From positions 88,863 to 152,862 of the forward strand of contig CAVUAG010000016.1 of assembly GCA_963739365.1 (NCBI GenBank): a stretch of 64,000 nt of DNA. The letters are read 5' to 3'. The notes beneath the pieces were generated by a model. It ran no database searches, was not told where the DNA came from, and saw nothing but the letters and a program-made list of their open reading frames with translations. The number at the start of each line of letters is the position of its first letter. Positions within the stretch are counted from its first letter, which is position 1. The position numbers and the translations under genes are program-made. This DNA is from an uncultured Chloroflexia bacterium. GTDB taxonomy: Bacteria > Chloroflexota > Limnocylindria > Limnocylindrales > CSP1-4. Below are positions 10,205 to 21,100 of this stretch, piece after piece.

Positions 10205-11734
10205 ATGACCACCCGGTCGCCCGGCGCGCCGCCCATCTGGCGGGCGGCCATCACGAACCTTGGCTGCAAGGTGAACCAGGCCGAGATGGACGCCGTGGAG
10301 CGGCTCCTGCGCGCGCGCGGCGTGGGGATCGCCACGGACGCCGCCCGGGCCGATCTCCACCTCGTGAACACGTGCACGGTCACTGCCGCGGCCGACGACA
10401 AGTCGCGGAAGGCCGTCCGCCGCGCGCGCCGGGCAAGCCCCGCGGCCACGGTCATCGTGACGGGCTGCGCCGTCCAGGTGGCGCGGGCCTCCTTCGCCGA
10501 GATGGATCCGGCGGCGCGGCTCGTCGCGAACGAGGCCAAGGACGGCCTGCTGGCCGAGGTCGAGCGCCTGCTGGGGGAACCCGGCCAGGCCGGCGACGGC
10601 CCGCCCGGCGACGGCCGTCACGGCGACGGCACGCACGGTCCGCTCGAGGCGGCGCTTCCGACGCTCGCCGGCGTGGAGGTCGCGGGGATCTTCGACGGCC
10701 GTGCGCGGATCGACCGTGCTCGCGCCTACGTGAAGGTCCAGGACGGGTGCAGCTTCTTCTGCACCTACTGCATCATCCCCCGCGCCCGGGGCCCCGAGCG
10801 CTCCCTCACGCCCGAGGTCGTGCTGGCCGACGTGCGGCGCGCCCTCGAGGCCGGTCACCGCGAGGTCGTGCTCACCGGCATCAACATCGGGACCTACGAC
10901 GGCGGCAGGTCGGAGCGCGGACCGCGCGGGGCCCACCTCCGCGCCTCCCTGACGCTCCCGGGCCTGGTCCGCAGGATCCTGGCCGAGACGCCGGTGGAGC
11001 GGATCCGGCTCTCCTCGATCGAGCCCCAGCACGTGGACGACGACCTCATCGCGGTCTGGACCGGCCCCGGGGCCGGGCGCTGCCTTCCGCACCTGCACCT
11101 GCCGCTCCAGTCGGGCGACGACCGGGTCCTCCGGCGGATGGGCCGGCGATACACCGCGGCCGACTACGCCCGCACCGTCGAGCAGGTCCGGGCGGCAATC
11201 CACGGGATCGCGATCCACGCCGATGTCATCGCCGGCTTTCCGAGCGAGGACGACGACGCGTTCGCACGCACGCGGACCCTCCTGGGCGCGCTCGACCCGG
11301 CCGGCCTCCACGTGTTCCGCTACTCGGCCCGCCCGGGAACGCCGGCTGCGCGGATGGCGGGGCAGGTGCCCGACGTGGTCCGGAAGGAGCGAGCCGCGCT
11401 CCTGCTCGACGACGCGGCCGCCGCTCGCCGGCAGTTCGCCGCCCGTGCCGTGGGAGCGCGCCGGACGGTGCTGTTCGAAGTGCCCGTCGACTCGGCCGAC
11501 CCGGCTGCCGGCTGGGTCGGTCACGCCGAGGACTACGTGGAGGTGCGCGCCGCAGCCCCGGATGGACAGTCCCTCGCAGGAGCGATCGCGATCGTGGAGG
11601 TTCACGGCGCCGATCCGGACGATCCCGAGCGCGTGGTCGGGCGGATCGACCGCATCATCGCCGGCCCAGCCGCCGGTCCGGCTGCCGACCGGGTCGCACC
11701 TCGGACCCTGCCCGTCGTACCCTTCCCGGCATGA
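10205..11734 (+). CDS. mtaB: tRNA t6A37 methylthiotransferase MtaB (YqeV-like radical SAM)
   Basis: 509 aa. It has the UPF0004 N-domain (NLGCKVNQAE, VNTCTVT), the radical SAM motif CSFFCTYC and a TRAM-like C-terminus. The position after prmA matches the B. subtilis yqeV locus. Confidence 0.88.
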   Translation: MTTRSPGAPPIWRAAITNLGCKVNQAEMDAVERLLRARGVGIATDAARADLHLVNTCTVTAAADDKSRKAVRRARRASPAATVIVTGCAVQVARASFAEMDPAARLVANEAKDGLLAEVERLLGEPGQAGDGPPGDGRHGDGTHGPLEAALPTLAGVEVAGIFDGRARIDRARAYVKVQDGCSFFCTYCIIPRARGPERSLTPEVVLADVRRALEAGHREVVLTGINIGTYDGGRSERGPRGAHLRASLTLPGLVRRILAETPVERIRLSSIEPQHVDDDLIAVWTGPGAGRCLPHLHLPLQSGDDRVLRRMGRRYTAADYARTVEQVRAAIHGIAIHADVIAGFPSEDDDAFARTRTLLGALDPAGLHVFRYSARPGTPAARMAGQVPDVVRKERAALLLDDAAAARRQFAARAVGARRTVLFEVPVDSADPAAGWVGHAEDYVEVRAAAPDGQSLAGAIAIVEVHGADPDDPERVVGRIDRIIAGPAAGPAADRVAPRTLPVVPFPA

Positions 11735-12078
11735 GCGAGGCCTGCCTCTTCTGCCGCATCATCGCCGGGGAGATCCCGGCGACCATCGTCCACGCCGACG
11801 ACCTCGTGATCGCGATCCGGGACGTCGCCCCGCGGGCGCCGACCCACGTCCTCCTCCTGCCGCGCGAGCACATCGCCTCCGCGGCCGACCTGACCGAGGC
11901 CCACGGCGCGCTGCTCGGGCGCCTGTTCGCAGTTGCCGCCGACCTCGCGCGCAGCGAGGGGATCGCAGAGCGCGGCTACCGGCTCACCACGAACGTCGGG
12001 ACCTGGGGCGGCCAGTCCGTGCCGCACCTGCACGTGCACCTCATGGGCGGCCGCGCCTTCGACTGGCCTCCGGGCTGA
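11731..12078 (+). CDS. HIT-family (histidine triad) nucleotide hydrolase
   Basis: 115 aa. An ATGA overlap joins it to the mtaB stop. Motifs CLFCRII and the triad HLHVHLMGG are present. Confidence 0.9.
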   Translation: MSEACLFCRIIAGEIPATIVHADDLVIAIRDVAPRAPTHVLLLPREHIASAADLTEAHGALLGRLFAVAADLARSEGIAERGYRLTTNVGTWGGQSVPHLHVHLMGGRAFDWPPG

Positions 12079-13813
12079 CGCCCTGCCGATCCGGCCACTG
12101 GGCGCCCTCCGTGCACGGGTCAGAGAGCGGGGCGGCAACTGCAGCCCACGCCCGGACCTGGTCGCGCTTCACCTTGAGCGTGTGCGTGCGCGGGAAGTCC
12201 GCGTCCGGCCAGAAGCGCCAGGCGGCGACGCGTGCATGAACGGCAAGCGTCGCGTTGGCCGACCGCACCGCTGCGTCCGACCTCGGCCCGCACGCGGGCG
12301 ACGTCGGACTCCGAAGTGAACGCGCCCGCCATCGGTGCTGCCGTGCCGCCTTCCTGGACTCGCTCGAGCGCCGTCGGCGCCAGGATGATGGCCTCGATGC
12401 GGCCGGGTTCTGTCTCGAGCACGACCGAGTCACGGATGCCGGCCACCCGCAGGGCGTTCTCGATGTCCTCCGGGAAGACGTTGAGACTGTTGGGCAGGAC
12501 GATCATGTCCCGCTTCCGGCCGTGGAGGACGAGCCGGCGTGACGAGTCGAGGTGGCCCAGGTCGCCGGTGCGGTAGAAGCCGTCGTCCGTGAAGGCGGCC
12601 GCGGTCGCAACGGGGTCCTGCCAGTAGCCCTGGGTCACGGTCGGGCCCCGGAACTGGACCTCGCCGTCGTCGGCGATCCGCATCTCGACGCCGGGCATCG
12701 GCCGGCCGACCGTCCCTGACGGGTGGTCGTTCCACGAGTTGCAGGTCCCGTTGCCCGTCTCGGTCGCGCCGTAGCCCTGCATGATCACGACGCCCAGGTC
12801 CTCCCACGCCTGCTGGACCGCCGGCGGGAGGAACGCCCCGGCGGAGACGAAGAGCCGCAGCCCTCCGCCGAGTCTCGCGTGGACGGTGCCCCGGAAGATC
12901 AGGCGTCGGGCGCCCATCGGCAGGCGTCGGGCGATCGCGCGGGCCCGCCGGAACCACTCGGTCTTGCCCCGGCGCTCCACCTCGCGCTCGGCGGCCGCCC
13001 AGAAGAGGTCGAGGATCTGCGGGAAGACGAACATCGCCGACATGCGGTGGCTCGCGAGATGGCCTCGAAGACGACGCGTGGGTTGCGGCTCCGCACGTAG
13101 AGGAGGTCGGCCCCGAGGTCGAGGGCGAGGCAGAGCTCGACTCCAACGGCGTACAGGTGCGACATCGGCAGGAGCGAGACGAGGCGGTACTCGATGTCGG
13201 GCACGATGAGGTGGAAGGCGTCGACTCCCGACACCGCGTTGCCGTGGGTCAGCACGACGCCCTTCGGGTTGCCGGTCGTGCCCGAGGTGTAGATGAGCAG
13301 GTAGACGTCGTCGAGACGCGGGCGATCCCACGACGCGACCTGCGCCTCCCAGTCGGCGGGCATCGCCGCGCCGGGCTCTGCGCACAGGTCGGCGGTCGTG
13401 ACGATGGGAAGGTGGTCGAGGTCGGCCTCGGCCGGGTCCGGCGCGTCGCGCCCCGTCCCGATCACGAGCTGCAGCGCTCCCGGAGCGGTCGGCAATGCGC
13501 CGGATCGCGTCCGGGGGTCATGTGCAGGTCGAGCGGCACGAAGATGACGCCCGGCTCGCATCGCCCCGAAGTAGACGGCGGCCAGCTCGGGCCCGGACGG
13601 CGACCATGTCAGGAGGCGATCTCCCGGCCGGAGGCCCCGCGATCGGAGCCGCCACGCGGCGAGCCGACTCCGCCGTCCGAGCTCGCGGTAGCTCCACGTC
13701 GTGATCGTGCCGTCCTCGTGGCGGAGCCGGACGGCGGGCTGGTCGCCGTAGCGCGCGACGGCGCCTTCGAGGAGGTCGACGAGGGTGCGACCGGACGGTC
13801 GAAAGGTGCCCAT
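12041..13813 (-). pseudogene. AMP-dependent synthetase/ligase (long-chain acyl-CoA synthetase-like), at least 3 frame breaks
   Basis: Pieces lie in three minus-strand frames. They are the N-terminus MGTFRPSGRTLVDLLE... with the AMP motif YTSGTTGNPKGVVLTH, the middle GYGATETG...YRTGDLG, and the C-terminus HTLKVKRDQV. The 3' end (12041 versus 12120) is uncertain. Confidence 0.8.
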
Positions 13814-13898
13814 GCGCTCATGGTGGACCGCGGCCGGCGGCGGCGCAACGGTGCTCGTTCGGTCCGTCGCGTAGGGTAGGCCGTGGAGGTTCTCCACC

Positions 13899-14225
13899 AT
13901 GACCGAAGCCATCCTCTTCCTGGCCGATCTCGCCGCCGCCGCGCCGCACGTGCCGCGGGGCATCCACAGCCAGACGCTCTACGACGGGCCCGATCTGCGC
14001 CTCGTCCTCTTCGCCTTCGCCCCCGGCGAGGAGCTGTCCGAGCACACCGCCGCTCGGCCTGCGGTCGTCCACGTTCTCGACGGCGAGGGCGACGCCGTCG
14101 TCGGTGGCACTCCCCACGAGCTCTCCGCAGGCACGTGGTTCCGGATGCCTGCCGGGCTGCCTCACTCGATCCGCGCCCGGACGCCGCTGCGCGTGGCCCT
14201 CTACCTGCTGCCCGCTGGTGACTGA
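13899..14225 (+). CDS. Cupin-domain protein
   Basis: 108 aa with a cupin-like pattern (LSEHTAARPAVVHVLDGEG ... WFRMPAGLPHSIRA). GGAGG lies upstream of the ATG. Confidence 0.65.
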   Translation: MTEAILFLADLAAAAPHVPRGIHSQTLYDGPDLRLVLFAFAPGEELSEHTAARPAVVHVLDGEGDAVVGGTPHELSAGTWFRMPAGLPHSIRARTPLRVALYLLPAGD

Positions 14226-14304
14226 GCACGGCCGCGGGCAGGCCCCGGCGAGCACGGCCTGGCCGGCCAGGCCTCCTGGGCCGAATCCGGGCCCTTCGGC
14301 ACGT

Positions 14305-14332
14305 TTGACCGCCGGAGGCGGCGGTCTATGCT
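14305..14332 (+). promoter_or_regulatory. Candidate promoter for rpsU
   Basis: TTGACC at 14305-14310, a 16-nt spacer, and TATGCT at 14327-14332. This would give a roughly 110-nt leader. Confidence 0.3.
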
Positions 14333-14450
14333 CCGCCGGGCTCGCCGACGTACGACGGAACCGTGCGTCGGTGGGCATTCGCGCCTGCCGACCTCGCCCG
14401 GCGGCCGGTGCCGGAACATCGATCTGTGGGCGGAGGAGGTGATCCCGGCA

Positions 14451-14633
14451 TTGGCAGAGATCCGCGTTGGTGAGAACGAGTCCTTCGAAAGCGCCCTGCG
14501 TCGCTTCAACAAGAAGATCCAGCAGTCCGGCATTCTCGCCGAAGCTCGCCGTCGCGAGCACTACGAGAAGCCGAGCGTGAAGCGCAAGCGCAAGGAAGCC
14601 AAGCGCAAGAAGGCCACCCGCCAGCAGGGTTAG
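14451..14633 (+). CDS. rpsU: 30S ribosomal protein S21
   Basis: (M)[53 protein letters not shown]. The probable TTG start at 14451 lies 10 nt after GGAGGAGG. An in-frame GTG at 14439 is the alternative start. Confidence 0.9.
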   Translation: MAEIRVGENESFESALRRFNKKIQQSGILAEARRREHYEKPSVKRKRKEAKRKKATRQQG

Positions 14634-14650
14634 CCGCCGGGACCGGCGGC
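14633..14650 (+). terminator. GC hairpin immediately after rpsU
   Basis: gccgccgg-ga-ccggcggc is a perfect inverted repeat that overlaps the stop codon. There is no U-tract. Confidence 0.3.
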
Positions 14651-14777
14651 CGGGCGATCGTTCGACCCCCATCCGTCGCCGGTCCACCTGCTTCCCCGGC
14701 CCGTTTCCGGGCCCCGGAGGCCCATCGCAGCCGGCTCGTCGCACGCTGCGGCGGGCCCCAGCGGAGGAGCCAGCCCG

Positions 14778-15377
14778 GTGTCCCTACGAGACCAGGTTCA
14801 CGAGGAGATGACCGCCGCAATGCGGTCGGGTGACGTGCTGCGCCGCGACACCCTCCGGATGGTCTGGAGCGCCATCGGCGCCGCTGAGAAGCGCGATCAC
14901 ACCGTGCTGACCGACGACCAGGCCCTCGCCGTGCTGACCCGCGAGGTCAAGACCCGCCGGGAATTGGTCGAGGCCTACCGGAAGGCCGGCCGCGAGGAGC
15001 TTGCCGCCAAGGAGGAAGCCGAGATCGCGATCATCGCGGGCTTCCTGCCGGTGCCACTGTCCGAGGCCGAGATCGCCGCCCTCGTCGACGAGGCGATCAC
15101 CGCCACCGGCGCCACGTCCGCGCGCGACCTCGGGAAGGTGATGGGCTGGCTCTCGCCGCGCACGCGCGGCCGGGCCGACGGCCGGGTCGTCTCGGGGCTT
15201 GTCGCCGCGGCCCTGGCCCGGGCGGACCTCGCGGCCCACGACGACGCAGCACGGAGACGGCGGCCGGGGCTGAGGCCCCCGCCGACGAGCCGCCGATGCT
15301 CTCCAGACGCCTCGACCGCGTCGCCGCCTTCACGCGGCGCGATGCCGTGCGCCTCGGCGTGGCCTCGCTCCTCCTGA
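14778..15377 (+). CDS. yqeY: GatB/YqeY-domain protein
   Basis: The N-terminal 150 aa is typical YqeY (MRSGD..RRDTLRMV, EVKTRRE..EAYRKAGREELAAKEEAEI, GKVMGWL). The Arg/Pro-rich tail overlaps pgpH and is probably a read-through artefact. Confidence 0.8.
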   Translation: MSLRDQVHEEMTAAMRSGDVLRRDTLRMVWSAIGAAEKRDHTVLTDDQALAVLTREVKTRRELVEAYRKAGREELAAKEEAEIAIIAGFLPVPLSEAEIAALVDEAITATGATSARDLGKVMGWLSPRTRGRADGRVVSGLVAAALARADLAAHDDAARRRRPGLRPPPTSRRCSPDASTASPPSRGAMPCASAWPRSS

Positions 15378-17446
15378 TCACCGGCCTGACCGCGGTCCTG
15401 TCGATCGACGATCTCCCCCAGGCTGTCGACCTCGCGCCGGGCGACCTCGCAGCCGTCGATGTCGGCGCTCCCCGGACACTCGTGTTCGCGAGTGCGATCG
15501 AGACGGAGGCGGCCCGCCAGGCCGCCCGCGACGCGGTGCCGCCCCAGTACGACTTCAAGGCGGAGACGGCTGCCGCCCTGACCCGCCGCCAGCTGGACGC
15601 CCTGGCGGTCCTGCTCGCCGAGGTCGACGCGGCCTTCGCTGCCGGCCTGGCCCCGGAGGATCGGCGAGCCGCCCTCTCCGACACGCTCCCGGACCTGACC
15701 CTCTCGTCGCGGAAGACGCTCTACGCGCTCGCGCCGGAACGGTGGTCGCTGGTCGGGGCGGAGGCGGGCCGCGTCCTGGGCCTGGTGCAGCGGGACGCCC
15801 TGCGGGACGCCGAGCTGGAGGCCGCCCGCCGCAACCTCGGCGAGCGCTTCTCGGCTGCCCTCACGGACGACGAGCGGGCCCTCGCGACGGAGCTGGTCGT
15901 CCCGCTGCTGGTCCCGAACGCCACCTACAGCGAGGCCCTCACGGCCGACGCCCGCGACGCGGCCGCGGCCGCCGTCGCGGCAGTGTCGTACCCGATCCAG
16001 CAGGGTGAGCTGATCGTCGAGGCCGGTCGCAGGGTCACGCCGCTCGAGATCGCCAAGCTGGAGGCGTTCGGGCTGACGGAGGCGCGCCTGGACGTCGCCC
16101 GCCTGGCCGGCTGGTTCCTGCTGGCGGTCCTCGTCGTCGTCCTCCTGCTCGCCTGGACGTGGCGCTATCGCCAGGAGCTCTGGCACCGGGCGCGGGCCCT
16201 GGCCCTGCTCGGTCTCGTGCTGCTCCTCACCGCCCTGGCCTACAAGCTCACGGCGGGCCGCTCGATCCTGCCCTATTTCGTCCCGGGCGCGGGTGCCTCG
16301 ATGCTGGTCGCGATCCTGCTCGGCGCAGGGCCAGCCACGATGATCACGGCGATGCTGGCCATCCTGGCCGGCGCCGCAAACGACCTCTCCCTCGAGCTCG
16401 CCGCCTACGTCTTCGTCGGGGGCCTGACCGGGATCATCGCGATCCGGCGCGGCGACCGGGTGGGGATCTTCCTCCAGGCGGGCCTGGCCATCGTCGTGGC
16501 CAACATGGTCGTCGTCACGATCTTCTCGCTGCTGGGGACGCGCGACCTGACGGGGATACTCCAGCTGTGGGGTGCCTCGCTGGCCGCGGGCGTGGGCTCG
16601 GCGATCGCCGCCGTGGGCACCTTCCAGCTCGTGGGCAACCTCTTCGGGATCCTCACCGTCTTCCAGCTCCTCGAGCTGGCCAACCCGTCGCAACCCCTGC
16701 TCCGCCGGCTCCTGCTCGAGACGCCGGGGACCTACCACCATTCCCTGATGGTCGGCAACCTGGCCGAGCGAGCGGCCGAGGCGATCGGCGCCGACCCGCT
16801 CATGGCGCGCGTGGCTTCCTACTACCACGACGTCGGCAAGCTGGCCAGCCCCGGCGCCTTCATCGAGAACCAGGCCGGCGCGGGCAACGTCCACGACGAC
16901 CTCGACCCCGACGTGAGCGCCCAGGTTCTCAAGGCGCACGTGGCCGACGGGATCGACATCGCGTACCGGGCCAAGCTCCCCAAGCCGCTCATCGCCTTCA
17001 TTCCCCAGCACCACGGCACGACCCGAATCGCCTACTTCTGGGCCAAGGCCCGGGAGCTGGCGGCCGCCCCGTTCGGTGGTCTCGACACGGCCGCGGGCCG
17101 GGCCGCGGCCGACGCGCTCGACGAGCGACGGTTCCGCCACAACGGTCCCCGGCCGCAGACCCGCGAGGCGGCCATCCTCATGCTCTCGGACGGGGTGGAG
17201 GCGTCGGTCCGCTCCCTGTCCAGCCAGGACGAGCCGACGATCCGGGCGATGGTGGGCCGGATCATCGACGAGCGGCTCGACGACGGGCAGTTCGACGAAT
17301 GCGACCTGACCCTGCGGGACGTCGAGCGGATCCGCGAGGCGTTCGTGGCCCAGCTCCTGGGGATGTACCACCAGCGAATCGCCTACCCGGGGAACAAGGT
17401 CGTGGAGCTCGAGGCGCGGCGCACGGTCTCTGGCCCGGGTGCCTGA
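15296..17446 (+). CDS. pgpH: 7TM-receptor HD-domain phosphohydrolase (PgpH/YqfF family)
   Basis: 716 aa. It has an extracellular N-domain, seven TM helices and an HD domain ([14 protein letters not shown]...YYHDVGKL...IPQHHGT). The position before ybeY matches B. subtilis yqfF. Confidence 0.85.
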   Translation: MLSRRLDRVAAFTRRDAVRLGVASLLLITGLTAVLSIDDLPQAVDLAPGDLAAVDVGAPRTLVFASAIETEAARQAARDAVPPQYDFKAETAAALTRRQLDALAVLLAEVDAAFAAGLAPEDRRAALSDTLPDLTLSSRKTLYALAPERWSLVGAEAGRVLGLVQRDALRDAELEAARRNLGERFSAALTDDERALATELVVPLLVPNATYSEALTADARDAAAAAVAAVSYPIQQGELIVEAGRRVTPLEIAKLEAFGLTEARLDVARLAGWFLLAVLVVVLLLAWTWRYRQELWHRARALALLGLVLLLTALAYKLTAGRSILPYFVPGAGASMLVAILLGAGPATMITAMLAILAGAANDLSLELAAYVFVGGLTGIIAIRRGDRVGIFLQAGLAIVVANMVVVTIFSLLGTRDLTGILQLWGASLAAGVGSAIAAVGTFQLVGNLFGILTVFQLLELANPSQPLLRRLLLETPGTYHHSLMVGNLAERAAEAIGADPLMARVASYYHDVGKLASPGAFIENQAGAGNVHDDLDPDVSAQVLKAHVADGIDIAYRAKLPKPLIAFIPQHHGTTRIAYFWAKARELAAAPFGGLDTAAGRAAADALDERRFRHNGPRPQTREAAILMLSDGVEASVRSLSSQDEPTIRAMVGRIIDERLDDGQFDECDLTLRDVERIREAFVAQLLGMYHQRIAYPGNKVVELEARRTVSGPGA

Positions 17447-18097
17447 CGCCGGCCCGCCCCGCGCCGTGCCTCCTGCCGCGCTGCCCGCCGGGTCTGCGAC
17501 GGTCTTCCGCTCGCTCTATCGGCCACCCTTCCGCATCGACCTTGAGATCCGCGCAGACGTGCCCCACCTCGTCGCCCCCGCGTCATTGGCACGGGTGCTT
17601 CGGGCTGCCCTCCTCGCGGGGGGAGCCCCTGAGCCGTCGGCCGTCGGTCTCGTGCTCGCCGACGACACCGAGCTCGCCCGCCTCAACGCCGCCCACATGG
17701 GCCACCGGGGACCGACCGACGTTCTCTCGTTCCCGCTCCTCCCTCCTGAGGCCTACCCGCCCCACGAGGGCGGGCCGGCCCGGCCGGCCGTGCCCGGCGC
17801 GGTCCGGCGCCACGCGCGACCGTGCCCCTGTCCTGGACGCCGGTCCGGCGTTCCTCCTCCCGCCCGGGGCACGCCTTCACCTCGGCGACATCGTGGTCTC
17901 CGTCGAGCGGGCCGTCGAGCAGGCCGAGGCGGGCCGGGGCGGCCAGGCCGGAGATCTTCGGTGGTCGCCCGCCGATGAGCTGCGCCTCCTCGTGGTCCAT
18001 GGCGCGCTCCACCTGTGCGGCTGGGACCACGCCGAGCCGGCCGAGGAGGCCGCCATGCGGGCGCTCGAGGGCGATTCTCGGGGCGCCCCAGCGGTAG
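17439..18097 (+). pseudogene. ybeY: rRNA maturation endoribonuclease YbeY, two frame breaks
   Basis: The N-terminus (TDVLSFPL) is in one frame and the zinc motif ([11 protein letters not shown]) is in another. Removing one G near 18070 gives ...[13 protein letters not shown] ending at 18097. Confidence 0.8.
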
Positions 18098-18126
18098 GGG
18101 CGCCGGCCGCCTACGGCTCGGGCCGA

Positions 18127-18150
18127 CCGGCAGCACCCGTGGGCTGCCGG
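18127..18150. terminator. Hairpin between convergent ybeY and the A2M-like gene
   Basis: ccggcagc-acccgtgg-gctgccgg forms an 8-bp stem directly next to the minus-strand stop at 18152-18154. Confidence 0.4.
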
Positions 18151-18151
18151 G

Positions 18152-21100
18152 TCAGCGGAGCTCCACCGCCCCTGCCGGCGTCGTCGCGACCATGCCCGGC
18201 GATGTCGCCTGGCGGGCGACGGCAGGCTGCCACGCGTAGGTCCCGGCCGTCACCACCCGGGCCAGGTAGCGGAGGCAGAACGTGCCGGGGACGACCGGCC
18301 GCATCTCGTCTCCAGGGCTCGCGTCGAAGGTCACCACGAACGTGACCCGCTGGCCGTCGATCCGGGCCGGCGCCACGGCGTAGCGCCCACACTCGCGGTC
18401 TTCGCCCTCCGGTCCGCCCAACACGGCGAGGCCCGAGGGCACCACGTCGGTGACCTCCACGGCGCCGGCTCGTCCCGGCCCCCCAACGCGCAGGTCCAGC
18501 CGGACGTGGACGAGGCTATTGGCCGCGACCGGCGAGGCCGGCAGGACTGCGCGCGTCAGCGTCAGGTCGGGATCGGGCAGGCCGAGCGCCGAGGCCGACG
18601 GCGCGGGCTCCTCCCACGACGCGGTCACCGCCGCCGCGCCGGCCACGGGCTCGAGGCGCATCTGCGTGCGGCGGGCGGCCGCGACCTCCAGCGTCACGGT
18701 GCCCCCGGCGGGGACCTCGACGGTGCTCCGCGCCCCGTCCTCGACGAGGGCCACGACCGCGGGCTCGGCGGGGAGCCGAGCCGCGAGCCGGCCGGCGACG
18801 GTGACCTGGGCCAGCACCGCGAGATCGTCGCGCGGCGGAGCTGCCACGACCGACTCGAGCACGTCGGCGGCGAGCGGGTCGTCCACGAGGACGGCAAGAA
18901 GGGCGAGCAGCTCGGTGGCCTCGCTCACCTCCTCGGCGTCATCCGAGATGCGCAGGCGCACCTCGTCGCCGCGACGCTCGCCCCAGCGCGTGAGCAGCGC
19001 GCGCTCGACGGCAACGGCGCGATCGAGGTCGCCGAGGATCGCGAGGCCGATGGCCGCCCACAGGCGGGACCGAGGATCGAGGCCCGGATCATCGAGCGCT
19101 GCGCCGAGCGAGGCGAGGACCGGGTCCCCGAGTGCCGCAAGGCCGACGCAGTGCGACGGTCCGCCGCTCGGCTGTCGTCGTGGCGTCCTCGGCGATCGCC
19201 CGGAGCCACGACCGCGCCGAATTCCGCGAACAGGGCGGCCCGGTCGGCGAGCAGGGCGCGGACGGTCAGCTCGAGGTCCGGGGAGCCGTAGGGCAGGAGG
19301 GCCAGGCCGCCCTCACCGTCCTGGTAGGTCGAGCGGGCGAAGGGGGCTGTCTCCGGCAGGTTCGCTGCCGCGACGCCAAGGTTCTCGACGAGGATGCGCC
19401 GCGCCACCGATGCGGCGAGTCGCTCGTCGGCGCGCTGGCCACCCGGCGTCGCGAGGGACCCGACGAGCTCCAGGTAGCGCGCCCGTCCGGCGTCCGCGAA
19501 CACGAGCCGCGTCAGGCCGGGCCCGCCCGGGGGCGTCATCGGGGCCGTGATCGCGACCGTCTCGCGATGGCCGGCCGTCAGCCGGCTCTCGATGACGCGG
19601 AAGGTGCGCACCAGGCGGTCGGTCCCCGCCGAGGACGTTGCCGAGATCGTGAGCCGGTGAGTCCCGGGCGTGAGCGCCGGCAGGGCGACGAGGACCTCGG
19701 CGAACGCCGTGCCGTCCACGGTCGCCGGTGCCATCGCGAGCGTCTCCGACGAGACGGTGAAGCGAACCGGCTGCCCCGCCCCGAGGGCCGAGCCGAACGC
19801 GCGGAGACGGATGGAGACCCGGTCGGCGGCCAGGTACTCCGGAGCGATCGTGGCGTCGGCGAAGAACGGCAGCCCGACCGGGAGGAGGACCGAGGTCGAT
19901 CCGGCATGGCGATCCGCGGTCATCGCGGTGGCCGCCACGCGCCAGCTCGTGACGTCGTCTGGCAGGTCGAACGAGACCACGGCCCGGCCGTCGGCCCCGG
20001 TAGTCACCATTCGCGTCGGGAGGGCGTCGCCGAAGTCGGTCCGTTCGCCGCCCCCGCCGCCGGTCGTGGAGCCCTTGCCCCCGTCGTTCCCGGCAAGGAC
20101 CACCTCGTGCGAGACCACCGGCCCCCGGAGGAGGCCGATGGTCGGCGAGCGGTAGAGGAGCTCGATCGGGTCGGCGAAGCCCGCGACGCCCATCGCCAGC
20201 AGCTTCTCGTCGACGCCACGCAGCAGCACCGACGCGCTGACCGGGCGCCCGGCCGCGTCGGCCGTCCGGACGGTCACGGACGCGCGCCCGCCCGGCTCGT
20301 ACCCGGCGTCGGTCCACGGTGAGGGCGACGTCGAGCTTCCGGTCGTCCGTGCGAAGGGACGCCGACGTCCCGCCGGGCAGGGCGTACCCGCGGCCGGTGA
20401 ACCAGACGACCTGGAGCTCCAGGCTCGGCTCGTCGGAGGCCTCGAACTGGACGGTCGCCTCGGCCTTCGGGCTGACGATCGCGTCGAAGCGGGTCGGCCC
20501 GGTGACCAGGAAGAGGAACCGGTTCGCTCCGCCGACGCGCACCGGGAGCTCGTTCCCGCCCTGGGATCGGACCACGGCGGCCGTGACCGCGTCGCCGACG
20601 GCTGGGCCATCCTCGTCGGCTCCCCGTGTCGTGACCCAGTAGGAGGAGACCGGGTTCTTGCCGCGTTGCTCGGAGGCCCAGGCCGACGCGACGATTCGGC
20701 GCCCTCCCTCATCGACGACGAATGCGTTGACCTCCCACGAGCGGTTGCCGGACGCGGCGGCCAGCCGCAGGCGATACGTGCCGTCCGTGCGGGACGTCGC
20801 CGCGCGGGAGATGGTCGTCTTGGCTCCCTCTTCAAAGTCGTACTGCTCGACCACCCGCTTCGCGATGGTGTCGTACCAGCGGGCGCTCACCACGGGGCGC
20901 AGGACCGTCTCGGTCACGACGAGCTCCACCCTGCGTCCACTCACGGCGGCGCCCTGGGGCTTGAAGGTGTCCCAGTCGTGGTCGTCGTCCGCGAGCCACG
21001 CCTCCACCCGCGCCAGGTCCACCGCGTGCACGGCACCCGCGAGCACGAGGGACTTCCCGGTCTGTGTCGCCTCGATGTCGATCCAGTCCGCGCCCCTGAA

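Noticed and set aside
14975-17371. 798-aa minus-strand ORF antisense to pgpH. The 8866..10539 and 10172..11605 minus ORFs, antisense to prmA/mtaB, are of the same kind.
   Set aside because: The sense strand carries clear family motifs. The antisense translations are low-complexity and overlap each other in several frames.
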